Assembly (NCBI GenBank): GCA_964389675.1
Contig: CAYMEV010000003.1
Location: 129,109 to 193,108 of the forward strand
Reading direction: 5' to 3'
DNA: 64,000 nt
Source: an uncultured Candidatus Sumerlaeota bacterium
Lineage (GTDB): Bacteria > CAYMEV01
Each line of letters begins with the position of its first letter. Position 1 is the first letter of the stretch. The notes beneath the pieces were generated by a model. It saw nothing but the letters and a program-made list of their open reading frames with translations, was not told the DNA's origin and did no database searches. Positions 10,054 to 19,824 of the stretch are shown piece by piece. The position numbers and the translations under genes were made by a program.

Positions 10054-10949
10054 TGAACAATCCGGTCAAAACAGATATCCTGATGGCTGCATACAACGGT
10101 GCAAAATTCATAAAGGAGCAGATTGATTCTATCCTTTCCCAGACTTATTCTGACTTTAGCCTGATCATCAGGGATGACGGGTCCGATGATGATACACAGG
10201 ATATACTGCATTCCTTTGAAAAGCTGGATAAAAGAGTAAGGATAATAAATGACGGCCTTGGGAATCTCGGGTATGTATCAAATTTTGAAAGACTCCTGTC
10301 AAATTCAGGATCAGACCTTATAATGTTTTCAGACCAGGATGACATATGGTTTCCGGATAAGATCGAGACATATATGGAAATAATCCGTGATGCCGATATG
10401 AATGCGCCCCTCCTTTTGCACAGCGACTGCATTGTCTGCAGTGAGGACCTGAGGATCATAAGAAAAAACTATATATCCTCAGCAGCCTATCAGGATTCAA
10501 TTAAAAACATGTTTTTCAGCTTTATGGTGCAGGGCTCGACAATGATGTTCAATAAAGCACTTAAAGAGATCTTCATGCCGTTCCTTCCAGAAACCTACCT
10601 TCATGACAGGTATATACATATCATGGCAGAGCTTTTCGGACGGAGGATATTTATACCAAAAACAACAATGTATTACAGACAGCACAAAAAAAACCAGATT
10701 GGATCAGGGGCAAGCATCAAAAACAAGCTGATCCATAAAAGGTATTTTGATCAAAGGGACAGATCATTGCTTGAAAAAATCCATAAACTGTATAATGACC
10801 GGATGGATGAAAATACAAAAAGGCTCTTTGATTCTTATTTTTTTATTACCGACCGTGCGAACAGCAGGTTTCGAAGGCTCTTAAAAGCTAATAGAAGCGG
10901 GATCAGAATGCATCTCTTCAAAAAGTTCTTTCTGCTGTTAAAGGGATGA
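10053..10949 (+). CDS. glycosyltransferase family 2 (rhamnosyltransferase-like)
   Basis: ILMAAYNG, IRDDGSDD, FSDQDDIW, HD and YRQH motifs; the ATG overlaps the upstream TAA (TAATG). Confidence 0.9.
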   Translation: MNNPVKTDILMAAYNGAKFIKEQIDSILSQTYSDFSLIIRDDGSDDDTQDILHSFEKLDKRVRIINDGLGNLGYVSNFERLLSNSGSDLIMFSDQDDIWFPDKIETYMEIIRDADMNAPLLLHSDCIVCSEDLRIIRKNYISSAAYQDSIKNMFFSFMVQGSTMMFNKALKEIFMPFLPETYLHDRYIHIMAELFGRRIFIPKTTMYYRQHKKNQIGSGASIKNKLIHKRYFDQRDRSLLEKIHKLYNDRMDENTKRLFDSYFFITDRANSRFRRLLKANRSGIRMHLFKKFFLLLKG

Positions 10950-11444
10950 TCAGTAAAGAATTATAAGCCCTTTTATGGTGTAATAGCCTATAATTCCGGT
11001 AGCTGCTATCTTGATTACCGTTGCAAGCATTGTCCCTACAAAGATTGCAAATGCTGATTTAAATGGCCTTTTATTCTCCCTGTTAAAGATCATTTCGCCT
11101 GCAAGTGCTCCTATAAAAGCACCTAATATTGACCCTAAAGGCGAGAAGAATACCATTCCTATTATCATACCGATTATGCTCAGCCATATCCCGGCCCTTC
11201 CAGCCCCCGCTCTCTTTGCAGATACTATCGGAAGGACAGAATCCAGCACAAGAGTAAGGGCCGTGACAAGAAGCAGTATTATAAGGGTTGTGATGCTGTA
11301 AACTTCCCATCCTCCGGCAAGCGATATGATTATCAGGCTGGCATATGCAACAGGCGGGCCCGGGACCCCCGGGATTATGCAGAACGCTATCCCAAGAATA
11401 AAAAGCACGGCACAGATAATAGTAATTATAATAGCAAGAATCAT
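10950..11444 (-). CDS. DUF456-like membrane protein
   Basis: Hydrophobic 164 aa with IIPGVPGPP, KRAGA and GAFIGALAGE, typical of the family. Confidence 0.75.
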   Translation of the reverse strand: MILAIIITIICAVLFILGIAFCIIPGVPGPPVAYASLIIISLAGGWEVYSITTLIILLLVTALTLVLDSVLPIVSAKRAGAGRAGIWLSIIGMIIGMVFFSPLGSILGAFIGALAGEMIFNRENKRPFKSAFAIFVGTMLATVIKIAATGIIGYYTIKGLIILY

Positions 11445-11556
11445 AAATTAAATAATCCCTTTATCAGAAAATACAATATGTTAAAAATATCTGGAAAAAA
11501 AGATAAAAATGGTTTTATACTCTGATATATTAAATCTAATATGAGAGGTCTTTAAC

Positions 11557-11928
11557 ATGCTGTTTTCAAAAAAGAACATTCTATTTATCCCGGTTATTCT
11601 TCTCCTTCTCTTTTCCGGATGTGAGACGAGCGATGATGAAGAGTCCGCAGTATATGATATAAGGGGGACATGGACTTATGCTCAGTATTATGCCGAAGGA
11701 GAAGTCTATGATGCAGGTACCATTGTATTTTCAGGGGACACGGAAGAGGGCAATTATACCGGTATGGATTATTATGGAAATTCATTCAGCGGTACATACA
11801 CTGTAGAAGGACTTGATGTCCATATAGCTGGTTCAAAAGTACTTACAGGCGAGTTCAATGACAACAATAATATGGAAGGCACCTGGCTGCTGGAGGGTGA
11901 TCCCGAGGCCTGGGAAGCCTGGAGATAG
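11557..11928 (+). CDS. hypothetical lipoprotein (small beta-rich, lipocalin-like)
   Basis: Lipobox LFSGC, acidic linker, DIRGTW motif; SD GAGG upstream. Confidence 0.7.
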   Translation: MLFSKKNILFIPVILLLLFSGCETSDDEESAVYDIRGTWTYAQYYAEGEVYDAGTIVFSGDTEEGNYTGMDYYGNSFSGTYTVEGLDVHIAGSKVLTGEFNDNNNMEGTWLLEGDPEAWEAWR

Positions 11929-11989
11929 GGATAATAAGGCCAAAAGGCCTATTTTTTATAAACAATATCTTACCCTAAAGGTTTTTCTT

Positions 11990-13683
11990 ATGGAGATAAA
12001 GAGATTCTCCCTGGCTTTTGCCCTTATCTTAGCGGTTCTTGCATCAGGATGCAGAAAAAATGAATATAAACACCCGGGAAACTTAAACTTTATTCTGGTC
12101 TCACTTGATACAGTGAGACTTGACCGCCTTAGCCTTTATGGCAATGACAGGGATGTTTCCCCCAACCTTGCAAGGCTTGCCAGAAGAGACCTTGTATTCG
12201 ATCAGGCTGTCACTGTTACAGAAAATACTCTTATATCCCATGCATCTCTTCTCACAGGCCTTTTCCCTGCTGCGCACGGGACGACATACCTGAAAAACGG
12301 TGTCCCCCTTGGGCAGCGCTATGAAACAATTGCAGAGGATTTCCTCAATACAGGGCTTTACCAGACAGCGGGCTTTGCAGCCCATAAGGCCTGGCTAAGC
12401 AGTAAGTTCGGAATGGACCAGGGTTTTGAGGTTTTCAGCACTGGCTTCCGTTCAGCTGATTTTGTATTAAAAGAGGCAGAAGAATGGCTGAAGAGCAGGG
12501 ACAGGGATAAACCGTTCTTTCTCTTTATCCATCTTTTTGATGCCCACTCGGACAGGGATGGACGCCCTTATGACGCACCATGTCCATTCCTGCATAAATG
12601 GACAGGAAACTATGACGGGCCATGGCAAAACTGGGATACGATATCGCCAAACGGCAGTAATTTCCTTGCTGCAGTTTCAAAGAAAGAGATAATGCCTGGT
12701 GAAGGGGATATCATGCATATAAGGGATCAGTATGATGAGGGGCTTGCCTATACAGATCATGCAATATGCACTTTCCTTGAGGAGTTTGCTGACTTTGACA
12801 ATACTTTCATTATTATTACTGCGGATCATGGCGAGGCTTTCCTTGAACATGGGTCAATGCTCCATAGCTCCTTATATGATGAGATTGTAAGGATTCCCCT
12901 GATTATAATACCCCCTGCCCCTTTTGCGGACATGTATCGTTCGCCAGGGAGGATTCCAGACCAGGTGCAAATAGTTGATATTCGCCCCACAATTCTATCT
13001 ATGGCAGGCTTACCTCAGCCTCTTATCAGCCAGGGAACAAACCTGAACCCCTGGCTTCTGGGCCAGGTAGAGGAATGCCCAGCCGGACCCGCTCCTTTCT
13101 ATCATAATGCTTTGAGGTATAACGGCTACAAGCTGTATATTAAAGGGGATAAAAAAATGCTTTTTGACCTCAATGATACGCGGGGGGGGGGAGAGACTGG
13201 TAAACCTTTATGCGCGGGAAGAGTTTAATCCCCTGGCAGTTGAATTGGAGGGGTATCTGGGGGATTTTGCCAAACGGGAAAAAAAACGTCTTTNNNNNNN
13301 NNNAATGAGACGGAGACCCCAGCGTGCTACCCGCCTGGTAAGCACCCTGCACCTATGGTGTATTGGCGGGGTAGAAAGAGCCGCAGCCGGACACGCTTGT
13401 TTATATAGAAAATCTTTAGGGTTAAACGGAAAATACTGGTAAAGTAAAGTGGATAAAAAAAGTCTTTTGTTCCTCAGTAGTGGGGGGGGGGGGGGAAAAG
13501 ACTGTAAACCTCTATGGCAGTGAAGAGTTTAATCCCCTGGCAGTTGAAATGGAGGGGATACTGAGGGATCTTGCCCAAAGGGATAAAAAACTGCTTATGG
13601 ATCTAAAAATAACTGAAGGAGAGGATTCCTTAGGGTATTCTGAGGATGAGCTTGAAAAGCTGAGGAGTCTTGGTTATTTTTAA
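11990..13683 (+). CDS. sulfatase-like / alkaline phosphatase superfamily lipoprotein, interrupted by an assembly gap
   Basis: Lipobox LASGC; LVSLDTVRLD, TLISHASLLTG, FIHLFDAH, TADHGE. The C-terminal LEKLRSLGYF lies after the N gap. Start placed at ATG 11990 rather than 11858. Confidence 0.8.
13294..13303. other. scaffold gap (10 N) with low-quality duplicated flanks
   Basis: N run. About 13304-13490 is a degraded copy of about 13000-13190, and about 13190-13290 is a degraded copy of about 13490-13590, both running off a G tract. Confidence 0.9.
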
Positions 13684-13866
13684 TCTGACCTCTTTATTAC
13701 AGCCCGGGGAGAAATGCAGATTTGCTATAATCTTATCTTGCCGGGCCCCGGTACATATCCTGTAAACAAAAAAAATAATGAATAATTTATGATTATATTG
13801 ATATTGCCATGAATAAAATATATTCTTTATAGATACTGGATTATATAATGCTGTAAGGAGTTTTAT

Positions 13867-15036
13867 ATGGGCCTCTTTAAGCTGAATGAGAAAAAGATCG
13901 ATAAGCTTTTACAAAAGGGAAAGATAGACAAAATTGCAGATATTTTTAACAGTGATTCCTGCAGGAATGATGAAAAACTGCTGGAGCACGCAAAAAATGT
14001 ACTTATCCAAAACGGCAGAGAAGCTGTACCTCTGATAGAAAACAGACTGAAAAAGATTAATCTATCCGCCACCAGCTGGGATAAGATCAGGTATTATTTC
14101 AGGATACTGGCCGAACTGAAGGAGTATGATATCCTGAACAGGTACCTTGTGGATCTTCTGCGCTGCAATATCTGTACCTTCTGGCATCAGAGGGATAAAG
14201 ACATCATCTATCTCATGGATATCCTTAGGGAAAGAGAAAGGGACTCTGACTATTTTCAGCCATTTTTATGGATACTGTATAAGAATATTACTGACCCGGA
14301 AAGTGATCACCATAAAACACTAATACCAGCAATAATTGATATCCTGAAAAAGGGATCATGGGAACCTTCCAGTAGAAAGGAAAATATCATATTTAACCTT
14401 TCAGTGTTCATGCAGGACAGGAACCTCATAGACCTTGGGTATATTATGCGGGCGCTGGGATGGAAGGATGATTATAACAAGGAAGAAGACTATTCAGATA
14501 TCAAAGGGGCCATTAACCTCTATAAAAAGACCTCTAAATATCTGAAAAAGAACAGCAAAAACAATGAAATTTCATTCCTTGAAGAACATGTCAAACCCAT
14601 TATAAAAGAAATACTGGGAAAAGCAGTATCCTTAAGTATCCACTGGTTCGACATATTTGCGGACAATCTCTCCTATAAGGTGCCAGAATGCTGTGCAGGA
14701 TGGCTTAGCCCGGATATTGACCATACAAACAGTTTTTATCTGCTTAAAGGAGACGATGGATATAATAAGGATTATATTAATATGAAACTGTCTTTCTGCG
14801 AGAAATGCAGAAATCTGGAAAATGAGATCATTAAGACGGATGACGGGCATATCAGTTTCAGCAATATCCTTTACGGCCTTCTTTTTGCAAGATCAAATAA
14901 GGTTGAGACATTTTTCTGCACAACCAGGGAAGAATATAGATCCAAAGCGCTTTCAGAACACTTAAAAAAGATGGGCAAAGATGATATGACCCTGGGAATA
15001 CCGGAGGATCAGCCTGGTGCAGATCTTTCTGTTTAA
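13867..15036 (+). CDS. hypothetical protein (helical N-terminus, Cys-containing C-terminus)
   Basis: 389 aa ORF with strong SD (AAGGAG); PECC and CEKC cysteines. Confidence 0.75.
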   Translation: MGLFKLNEKKIDKLLQKGKIDKIADIFNSDSCRNDEKLLEHAKNVLIQNGREAVPLIENRLKKINLSATSWDKIRYYFRILAELKEYDILNRYLVDLLRCNICTFWHQRDKDIIYLMDILRERERDSDYFQPFLWILYKNITDPESDHHKTLIPAIIDILKKGSWEPSSRKENIIFNLSVFMQDRNLIDLGYIMRALGWKDDYNKEEDYSDIKGAINLYKKTSKYLKKNSKNNEISFLEEHVKPIIKEILGKAVSLSIHWFDIFADNLSYKVPECCAGWLSPDIDHTNSFYLLKGDDGYNKDYINMKLSFCEKCRNLENEIIKTDDGHISFSNILYGLLFARSNKVETFFCTTREEYRSKALSEHLKKMGKDDMTLGIPEDQPGADLSV

Positions 15037-15072
15037 GCTTTGACCTGAAAAAAAATTATAGGAGATAATAAA

Positions 15073-15798
15073 ATGAAAAGGGCATTTATTTTTTCTGTTT
15101 TTTTTACTCTTTTAATAATTCTAATAACATCAACTTTATCATGCAGACCGGCCATTACAGTGAGAAATGCTCCAGTCCCTGTGCCTTCCCTTGTAATGGG
15201 CAACCTGGAACTGCTTGTGATGAGCCCTGATAAGACAACCCCGGAGCTGAAAGATGATAAGCAGATTATCCTTAAGGCTCCTCTTCAGCCTGCATCTGAA
15301 CTCAAGCACTACTGGGACGGAAAATCTGTCTTTTTTGGATCGCCGAAAGATGGAGCAGAATACACTGAATTTGGTCAAAGAGGCTACAGGGAAATGCTTT
15401 TTAAGGGTAATAAAAACCAGCTGAACTCCTTTGTTCAGAACAAGGGTAACTGCTTTTGCGTTATCGATCAGACCCTTTATCAGGAAATAGATGGCTCTGC
15501 TGTGGCCATTGCGGAATGTAAATTCAGGTCTTACACATCAGAGGACGGAAAAGAACACAGGGCCCAAATGACAAGAAGGCTGGCCGAAGGGGAAACATGG
15601 CACTTCATAGCAGAAAGCAATAAAGTATTCAGCCAGGATGAAAAGGGTTCAGTAAAGCAGGTCGGCTGGATAGAATGGAAAATTGCTGTCATGCCCTCCG
15701 GGGAAAAGGCCCTTATCCTTATGGCCAGGTCAATGGATGATAATTCCCTGTGGACAGGGGAGCATGAGGGTAAGGTCTATACCGGCAGACAGGAATAA
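15073..15798 (+). CDS. hypothetical lipoprotein
   Basis: SD AGGAG; hydrophobic leader ending TLSC; 241 aa. Confidence 0.7.
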   Translation: MKRAFIFSVFFTLLIILITSTLSCRPAITVRNAPVPVPSLVMGNLELLVMSPDKTTPELKDDKQIILKAPLQPASELKHYWDGKSVFFGSPKDGAEYTEFGQRGYREMLFKGNKNQLNSFVQNKGNCFCVIDQTLYQEIDGSAVAIAECKFRSYTSEDGKEHRAQMTRRLAEGETWHFIAESNKVFSQDEKGSVKQVGWIEWKIAVMPSGEKALILMARSMDDNSLWTGEHEGKVYTGRQE

Positions 15799-15905
15799 CT
15801 ATCCTTTTTGACCAGGTACCCCTGTCTTCTGCTCAATATATTCAGCCATGCACAGGATCTGAATAATGAACGGGGATATAATGAAGCTATTATTTTCCTT
15901 TCATT

Positions 15906-17465
15906 TTACTCTGCAGGCAGGACATAAAAGCAGATGCCCTCATATGTCCACTGAGGGAGCTCCATCACTGTATCTCTTTCATTTTCGCTTACGGTATAAA
16001 GGTGGCCTCCCCTTGCATGGTTAAAGAACCTGAATACCGGTATTGATCCGGGATACTGGCTGTTATAAACATAAAACTTGGGGCCTTCATAGTTCCATTG
16101 AGGGAGCTGCATTACAGCATCCCTCTCATCCTCGCTTATGGTATACAGATGTATGCCTGTATTGGTATTGAAGAACCTGTATACAACCGCAGTCCCTGCT
16201 TCTTCAGTCTCAAAGACCTCAAAGGCAATTCCCTCATAATTCCATTGAGGAAGCGCCATAACCGCATCTCTTTCCTGTTCGCTTATGGTATATAGGTGGC
16301 CTCCGCGGGCAGTATTGAAAAACCGGAATACAGGTGTGTTTGAATGCTCTGTCTCCACAGGCACAAGATCCTTTATTGCAGCCTGGTAATAGGAAAAATT
16401 ATAATCTCCGGGATTTAGATTATCTATATTGTAATACCCGTTATAGTATCCGCTCCAGCCCCAGTTGAAATGGAAAAAGTCACTGCTGTCATATCCGTCG
16501 CATACAAAGGCATGTCCATAGGTTTCTGAACCCCTGTAATATACAGGCCTGCCGTTATCAAGCTGGTTTTTCAGGATGTTTTTCCATTCTGTGTCGCTGT
16601 AGCCCTGTCTGTAGAGGTACTGAGAAGTGTCGCTGTATCCAAAATATACTGCCATAGCGGACGAAACACTCTCAGAGGAGGCTCCGGAACCATCGGGGCC
16701 ATAGTTCATATTTACCGATACTCCTGCGTGAAAAAGCAGTTTCTGGGAAGATGCTGTAGCAGATGATTCAGGCATATTCTGCCAGTCATAGACAGTGTTG
16801 CCGAAATCTGCAGAAATATTGCCGTATGTGTAGTGATAATATGAGTGATATCCTGTTCCCTGTGCAGGGTGCTGCCAGTATCTCATTATCTGGGACATGG
16901 CTACGGCAACGCATCCGGCATATACATGTCCCCCAGGGCCGGAAGAGTCTTCGGGGCACATATTGTTCCAGGGACTGTCCTGATCCCACTGGGTTGTCAA
17001 TAATGGCGCTACAGCCTTGCAGTCTGCCTTTGAATCAAAGCTGCCATCAAGCAGGTTGTTCCAGTTTAAATCGGTTTCTTTCCGGGATGGCTTATTATCC
17101 TGTGCCCTTATAATGGACTCTGCATGAAGGTTTAAGAAGCCCTCTACATTGCCTGTGATCTTATCCATATCAAAATATCCTCTGATATTATAAGCAATAA
17201 TTGGATAGACTGAATCGTCTGCTGATACTATTACCCATCCCGCAGGATCATAATTGAAGATATAAAAAACAGTACGGTTTTCCTTCAGGTAGACATACCT
17301 GCTGGAGGGGAAAATACCATCCTTTATCTGCCTTGTTTCCTTCTGTCGTTCAAGCCAGTTGAAACCGGCTCTTTCAGCTGTGTGGATATCGACAGGATCT
17401 GAAAATAAGGAAAAAACAGCTGACAGGATCATGATTGAGAAAAGAATATATTTTACAGGCTTCAT
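15906..17465 (-). CDS. secreted C10 (streptopain/SpeB-family) cysteine protease with propeptide and three C-terminal DUF5648-like repeats
   Basis: Signal peptide; propeptide GWVIVSADD; PLLTTQWDQ, AGCVAVAMSQIM (catalytic Cys), GHAFVCDGY (His), FHFNWGWSG; 3x RFFN..G.HLYT.S..ERD..WxYEG. Confidence 0.9.
   Translation of the reverse strand: MKPVKYILFSIMILSAVFSLFSDPVDIHTAERAGFNWLERQKETRQIKDGIFPSSRYVYLKENRTVFYIFNYDPAGWVIVSADDSVYPIIAYNIRGYFDMDKITGNVEGFLNLHAESIIRAQDNKPSRKETDLNWNNLLDGSFDSKADCKAVAPLLTTQWDQDSPWNNMCPEDSSGPGGHVYAGCVAVAMSQIMRYWQHPAQGTGYHSYYHYTYGNISADFGNTVYDWQNMPESSATASSQKLLFHAGVSVNMNYGPDGSGASSESVSSAMAVYFGYSDTSQYLYRQGYSDTEWKNILKNQLDNGRPVYYRGSETYGHAFVCDGYDSSDFFHFNWGWSGYYNGYYNIDNLNPGDYNFSYYQAAIKDLVPVETEHSNTPVFRFFNTARGGHLYTISEQERDAVMALPQWNYEGIAFEVFETEEAGTAVVYRFFNTNTGIHLYTISEDERDAVMQLPQWNYEGPKFYVYNSQYPGSIPVFRFFNHARGGHLYTVSENERDTVMELPQWTYEGICFYVLPAE
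15909..16340 (-). repeat. three ~147 bp intragenic repeats (49 aa units)
   Basis: PVFRFFNTARGGHLYTISEQERDAVMALPQWNYEG / VVYRFFNTNTGIHLYTISEDERDAVMQLPQWNYEG / PVFRFFNHARGGHLYTVSENERDTVMELPQWTYEG. Confidence 0.9.
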
Positions 17466-17621
17466 GGCTTTATTCTCCTGTTTTTATATTAATTATCTTA
17501 TCTTATAGCAATTTATTAAATGTTCATATAAAAATAGTTTTTTATTTAAGGAACTGTGTGATTATTAAAATACCAGATATTTACATTGCAGACTGTTTAC
17601 CGTATATCATTGCTTAGTTTT

Positions 17622-17657
17622 TTTTAACGATGCTGTAATATTTCATCTTCTATATTA
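17622..17657 (+). repeat. imperfect direct repeat, left copy
   Basis: TTTTAACGATGCTGTAATATTTCATCTTCTATATTA; matches 19755-19791 (27/28 identical core). Confidence 0.8.
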
Positions 17658-18342
17658 AGGGAAAAACAGGGATATAAATATTGTTTATAATCCTGCAGAT
17701 ATATGGTAAGGCTATGTTAGGGGCAATGATAATAAATAAAAAACTATGTATATGAGGTAGGCCAACTGAAATGTCCCATTATTCCCCTGTGGCTCTGATA
17801 TGGAAATAATAGCCTTTATTCAGTAAAGGTATGAGATTATAAAGATATTAAAACATATAGATATATATCCTGCCGAAATAGCTGTTATAGATTCAATAGC
17901 ATCACATTATGAGTACCACAGAGCTTCTGCTTCCTTGCAATAAAATGTATTTTAGAAAGAATTTACAATTATCAAGGGGATGCTACCGAAATTTTTGCCT
18001 TAAAACAGGGTAAAAATGCCATATAACCTTATGTATCAATATAGATTTCGCTCATCTAAATAAGGAGGAAAAGCGGTCATATTCAAACTCATATAATCAA
18101 GGAATTTAGAAAAGGTTTTACCCCCGGGGAAAATAGACTATAAGAAGAACAGGAAAAGAGGCAAGGACTAGCAAACAGATTAGAAAAAGCAAACACAAAT
18201 GGGAAACAGGCGAATTAATTTATCTTAAATCCGGAAAATAGTATATGGAAAATATCCTAATAAAAGGCTATAAATAGTTTGACACATACCATAATATAAA
18301 TAAAAACATAAACATAATTCATGTTATTTTGCAGGTGTCATA

Positions 18343-19674
18343 ATGATTAAATTACTTAAAAAAATTAAAAATTTCTATTACCAGAAGATAAAGCCCTTAC
18401 TTAGATCATTATATAATTTATCAATTCATGGATGGTTATTGAAGATAACTGGAAACTCTGAAATCAACTATAGGGGAAATATACAAATTGATATTAAAGT
18501 CATTAATATTTTCCCATTTTATAGAAATATTACTGTTGCAATTGTTATTTCCCCTCTTATTGACTATATTAAAGATCTAAAACTTTGCGGTAATTGGCGA
18601 ATAAAGTTAAATAGGGTGCGACCTTATTCGCAAATGTATTACTCTTTCAAAATAGCATTCCCTGAACTAATTTTGGAGGAAAAGCATTATGATAACCTAA
18701 TTGACATTAATAAGCTTATTACGGGTAAATACATAGGTTTTACATATTTAATACTTCTATCACGAGGACATGAAAGAATAGTTGCAGACAAGAGATTCAA
18801 GTTTTTTAATTTTAATAACTGGCTTAAGAAGAGAGAAAGATTGTCGCTTGACAAGAACAATAAAGCCTCCTTGTATTTTCTCTATTCAAAACCCTTCTCA
18901 AAAAACCAGGATAATTACATGTCCATGTGGCAGATAGATAATCCTTTTGCGCATCTGGAGTTTTTCTGCCAGTACACTTTTAATTTTATTGTGATGATAT
19001 CCAGGTTGAGAATGCTTCCGGGCTCAACCGTTCTTGATATAGGTTCCGGTTCAGGCTACACGACTGAATGGCTCTCAAGACTTGGATACAATGCAATAGG
19101 CTATGATATCTCACTAGAAACTCTGGCCATCGGCAATAGAAGACTGGAAAATGTAATCGATTCTCCGCTTTGCGGGCGGGGGGGTAGCGAATCAGATATT
19201 GATGCTGTAAGGCCTGATTTTTTAAATCTCTGCGGCGACAGCGAGATATTACCCTTTAAAGACAGTTCAATAGACTATCTATTATCAATTGAAACCCTTC
19301 ATCATGTTCCTAATTATCTTAAAACCATCAGAGAAGCAGCAAGGGTACTGAAAAGCAAAGGGAAAATGCTTATATTAGAACCTGGTTATAATCATTCAGA
19401 AAGAATGGATGCCCTGATCACTATGAAACAACATGGCATCCTGGAAAATTCCCTCGATAAAGCTAAAATTATTAAAGAAGCAAAAACATGTGGATTCAGG
19501 ATAAAGCATTATATGATTCCAGTTAATACATATGATATAACACAAAATGATAATCTGTTCTATAAATCCTACATGTTCCGATTTTATGGAAATATAAAGG
19601 ATATATTTGATAAGATGCTTAAAATAAACTCATATATGAAAGAAGTCATCTTTTTAATCCTGGAAAAGGAATAA
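18343..19674 (+). CDS. class I SAM-dependent methyltransferase with uncharacterised N-terminal region
   Basis: VLDIGSGSG, IGYDIS, GDSEILPFKDSSID, TLHHVP, RVLKSKG; visibly AT-rich coding sequence. Confidence 0.8.
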   Translation: MIKLLKKIKNFYYQKIKPLLRSLYNLSIHGWLLKITGNSEINYRGNIQIDIKVINIFPFYRNITVAIVISPLIDYIKDLKLCGNWRIKLNRVRPYSQMYYSFKIAFPELILEEKHYDNLIDINKLITGKYIGFTYLILLSRGHERIVADKRFKFFNFNNWLKKRERLSLDKNNKASLYFLYSKPFSKNQDNYMSMWQIDNPFAHLEFFCQYTFNFIVMISRLRMLPGSTVLDIGSGSGYTTEWLSRLGYNAIGYDISLETLAIGNRRLENVIDSPLCGRGGSESDIDAVRPDFLNLCGDSEILPFKDSSIDYLLSIETLHHVPNYLKTIREAARVLKSKGKMLILEPGYNHSERMDALITMKQHGILENSLDKAKIIKEAKTCGFRIKHYMIPVNTYDITQNDNLFYKSYMFRFYGNIKDIFDKMLKINSYMKEVIFLILEKE

Positions 19675-19754
19675 TATAATTAAAACCTTATGCCTTCTCT
19701 ATGGATTGAAAATTCATAAATAATCAACATATTATCTGATAAAATAAAAATTTA

Positions 19755-19791
19755 TTTTAACGATGCCGTAATATTTCATCTTTTTATATTA
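19755..19791 (+). repeat. imperfect direct repeat, right copy
   Basis: TTTTAACGATGCCGTAATATTTCATCTTTTTATATTA; 2133 bp downstream of the left copy. Confidence 0.8.
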
Positions 19792-19824
19792 GTGGATAAA
19801 TTTTTCTGTTAATGGTATTATTTA

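Noticed and set aside
13000-13600. Apparent diverged tandem duplication, frameshift and poly-G tract in the sulfatase-like gene (possible phase variation or hypermutated repeat)
   Set aside because: Both degraded copies abut the N gap and decay moving away from a G run, as expected for low-quality read tails. Joining the good halves gives one intact gene, so this is most likely an assembly artefact.
17622-17657. dif/Xer site interpretation of the direct repeat
   Set aside because: Only TTTAAC resembles the XerD arm; there is no 11-6-11 inverted arrangement.
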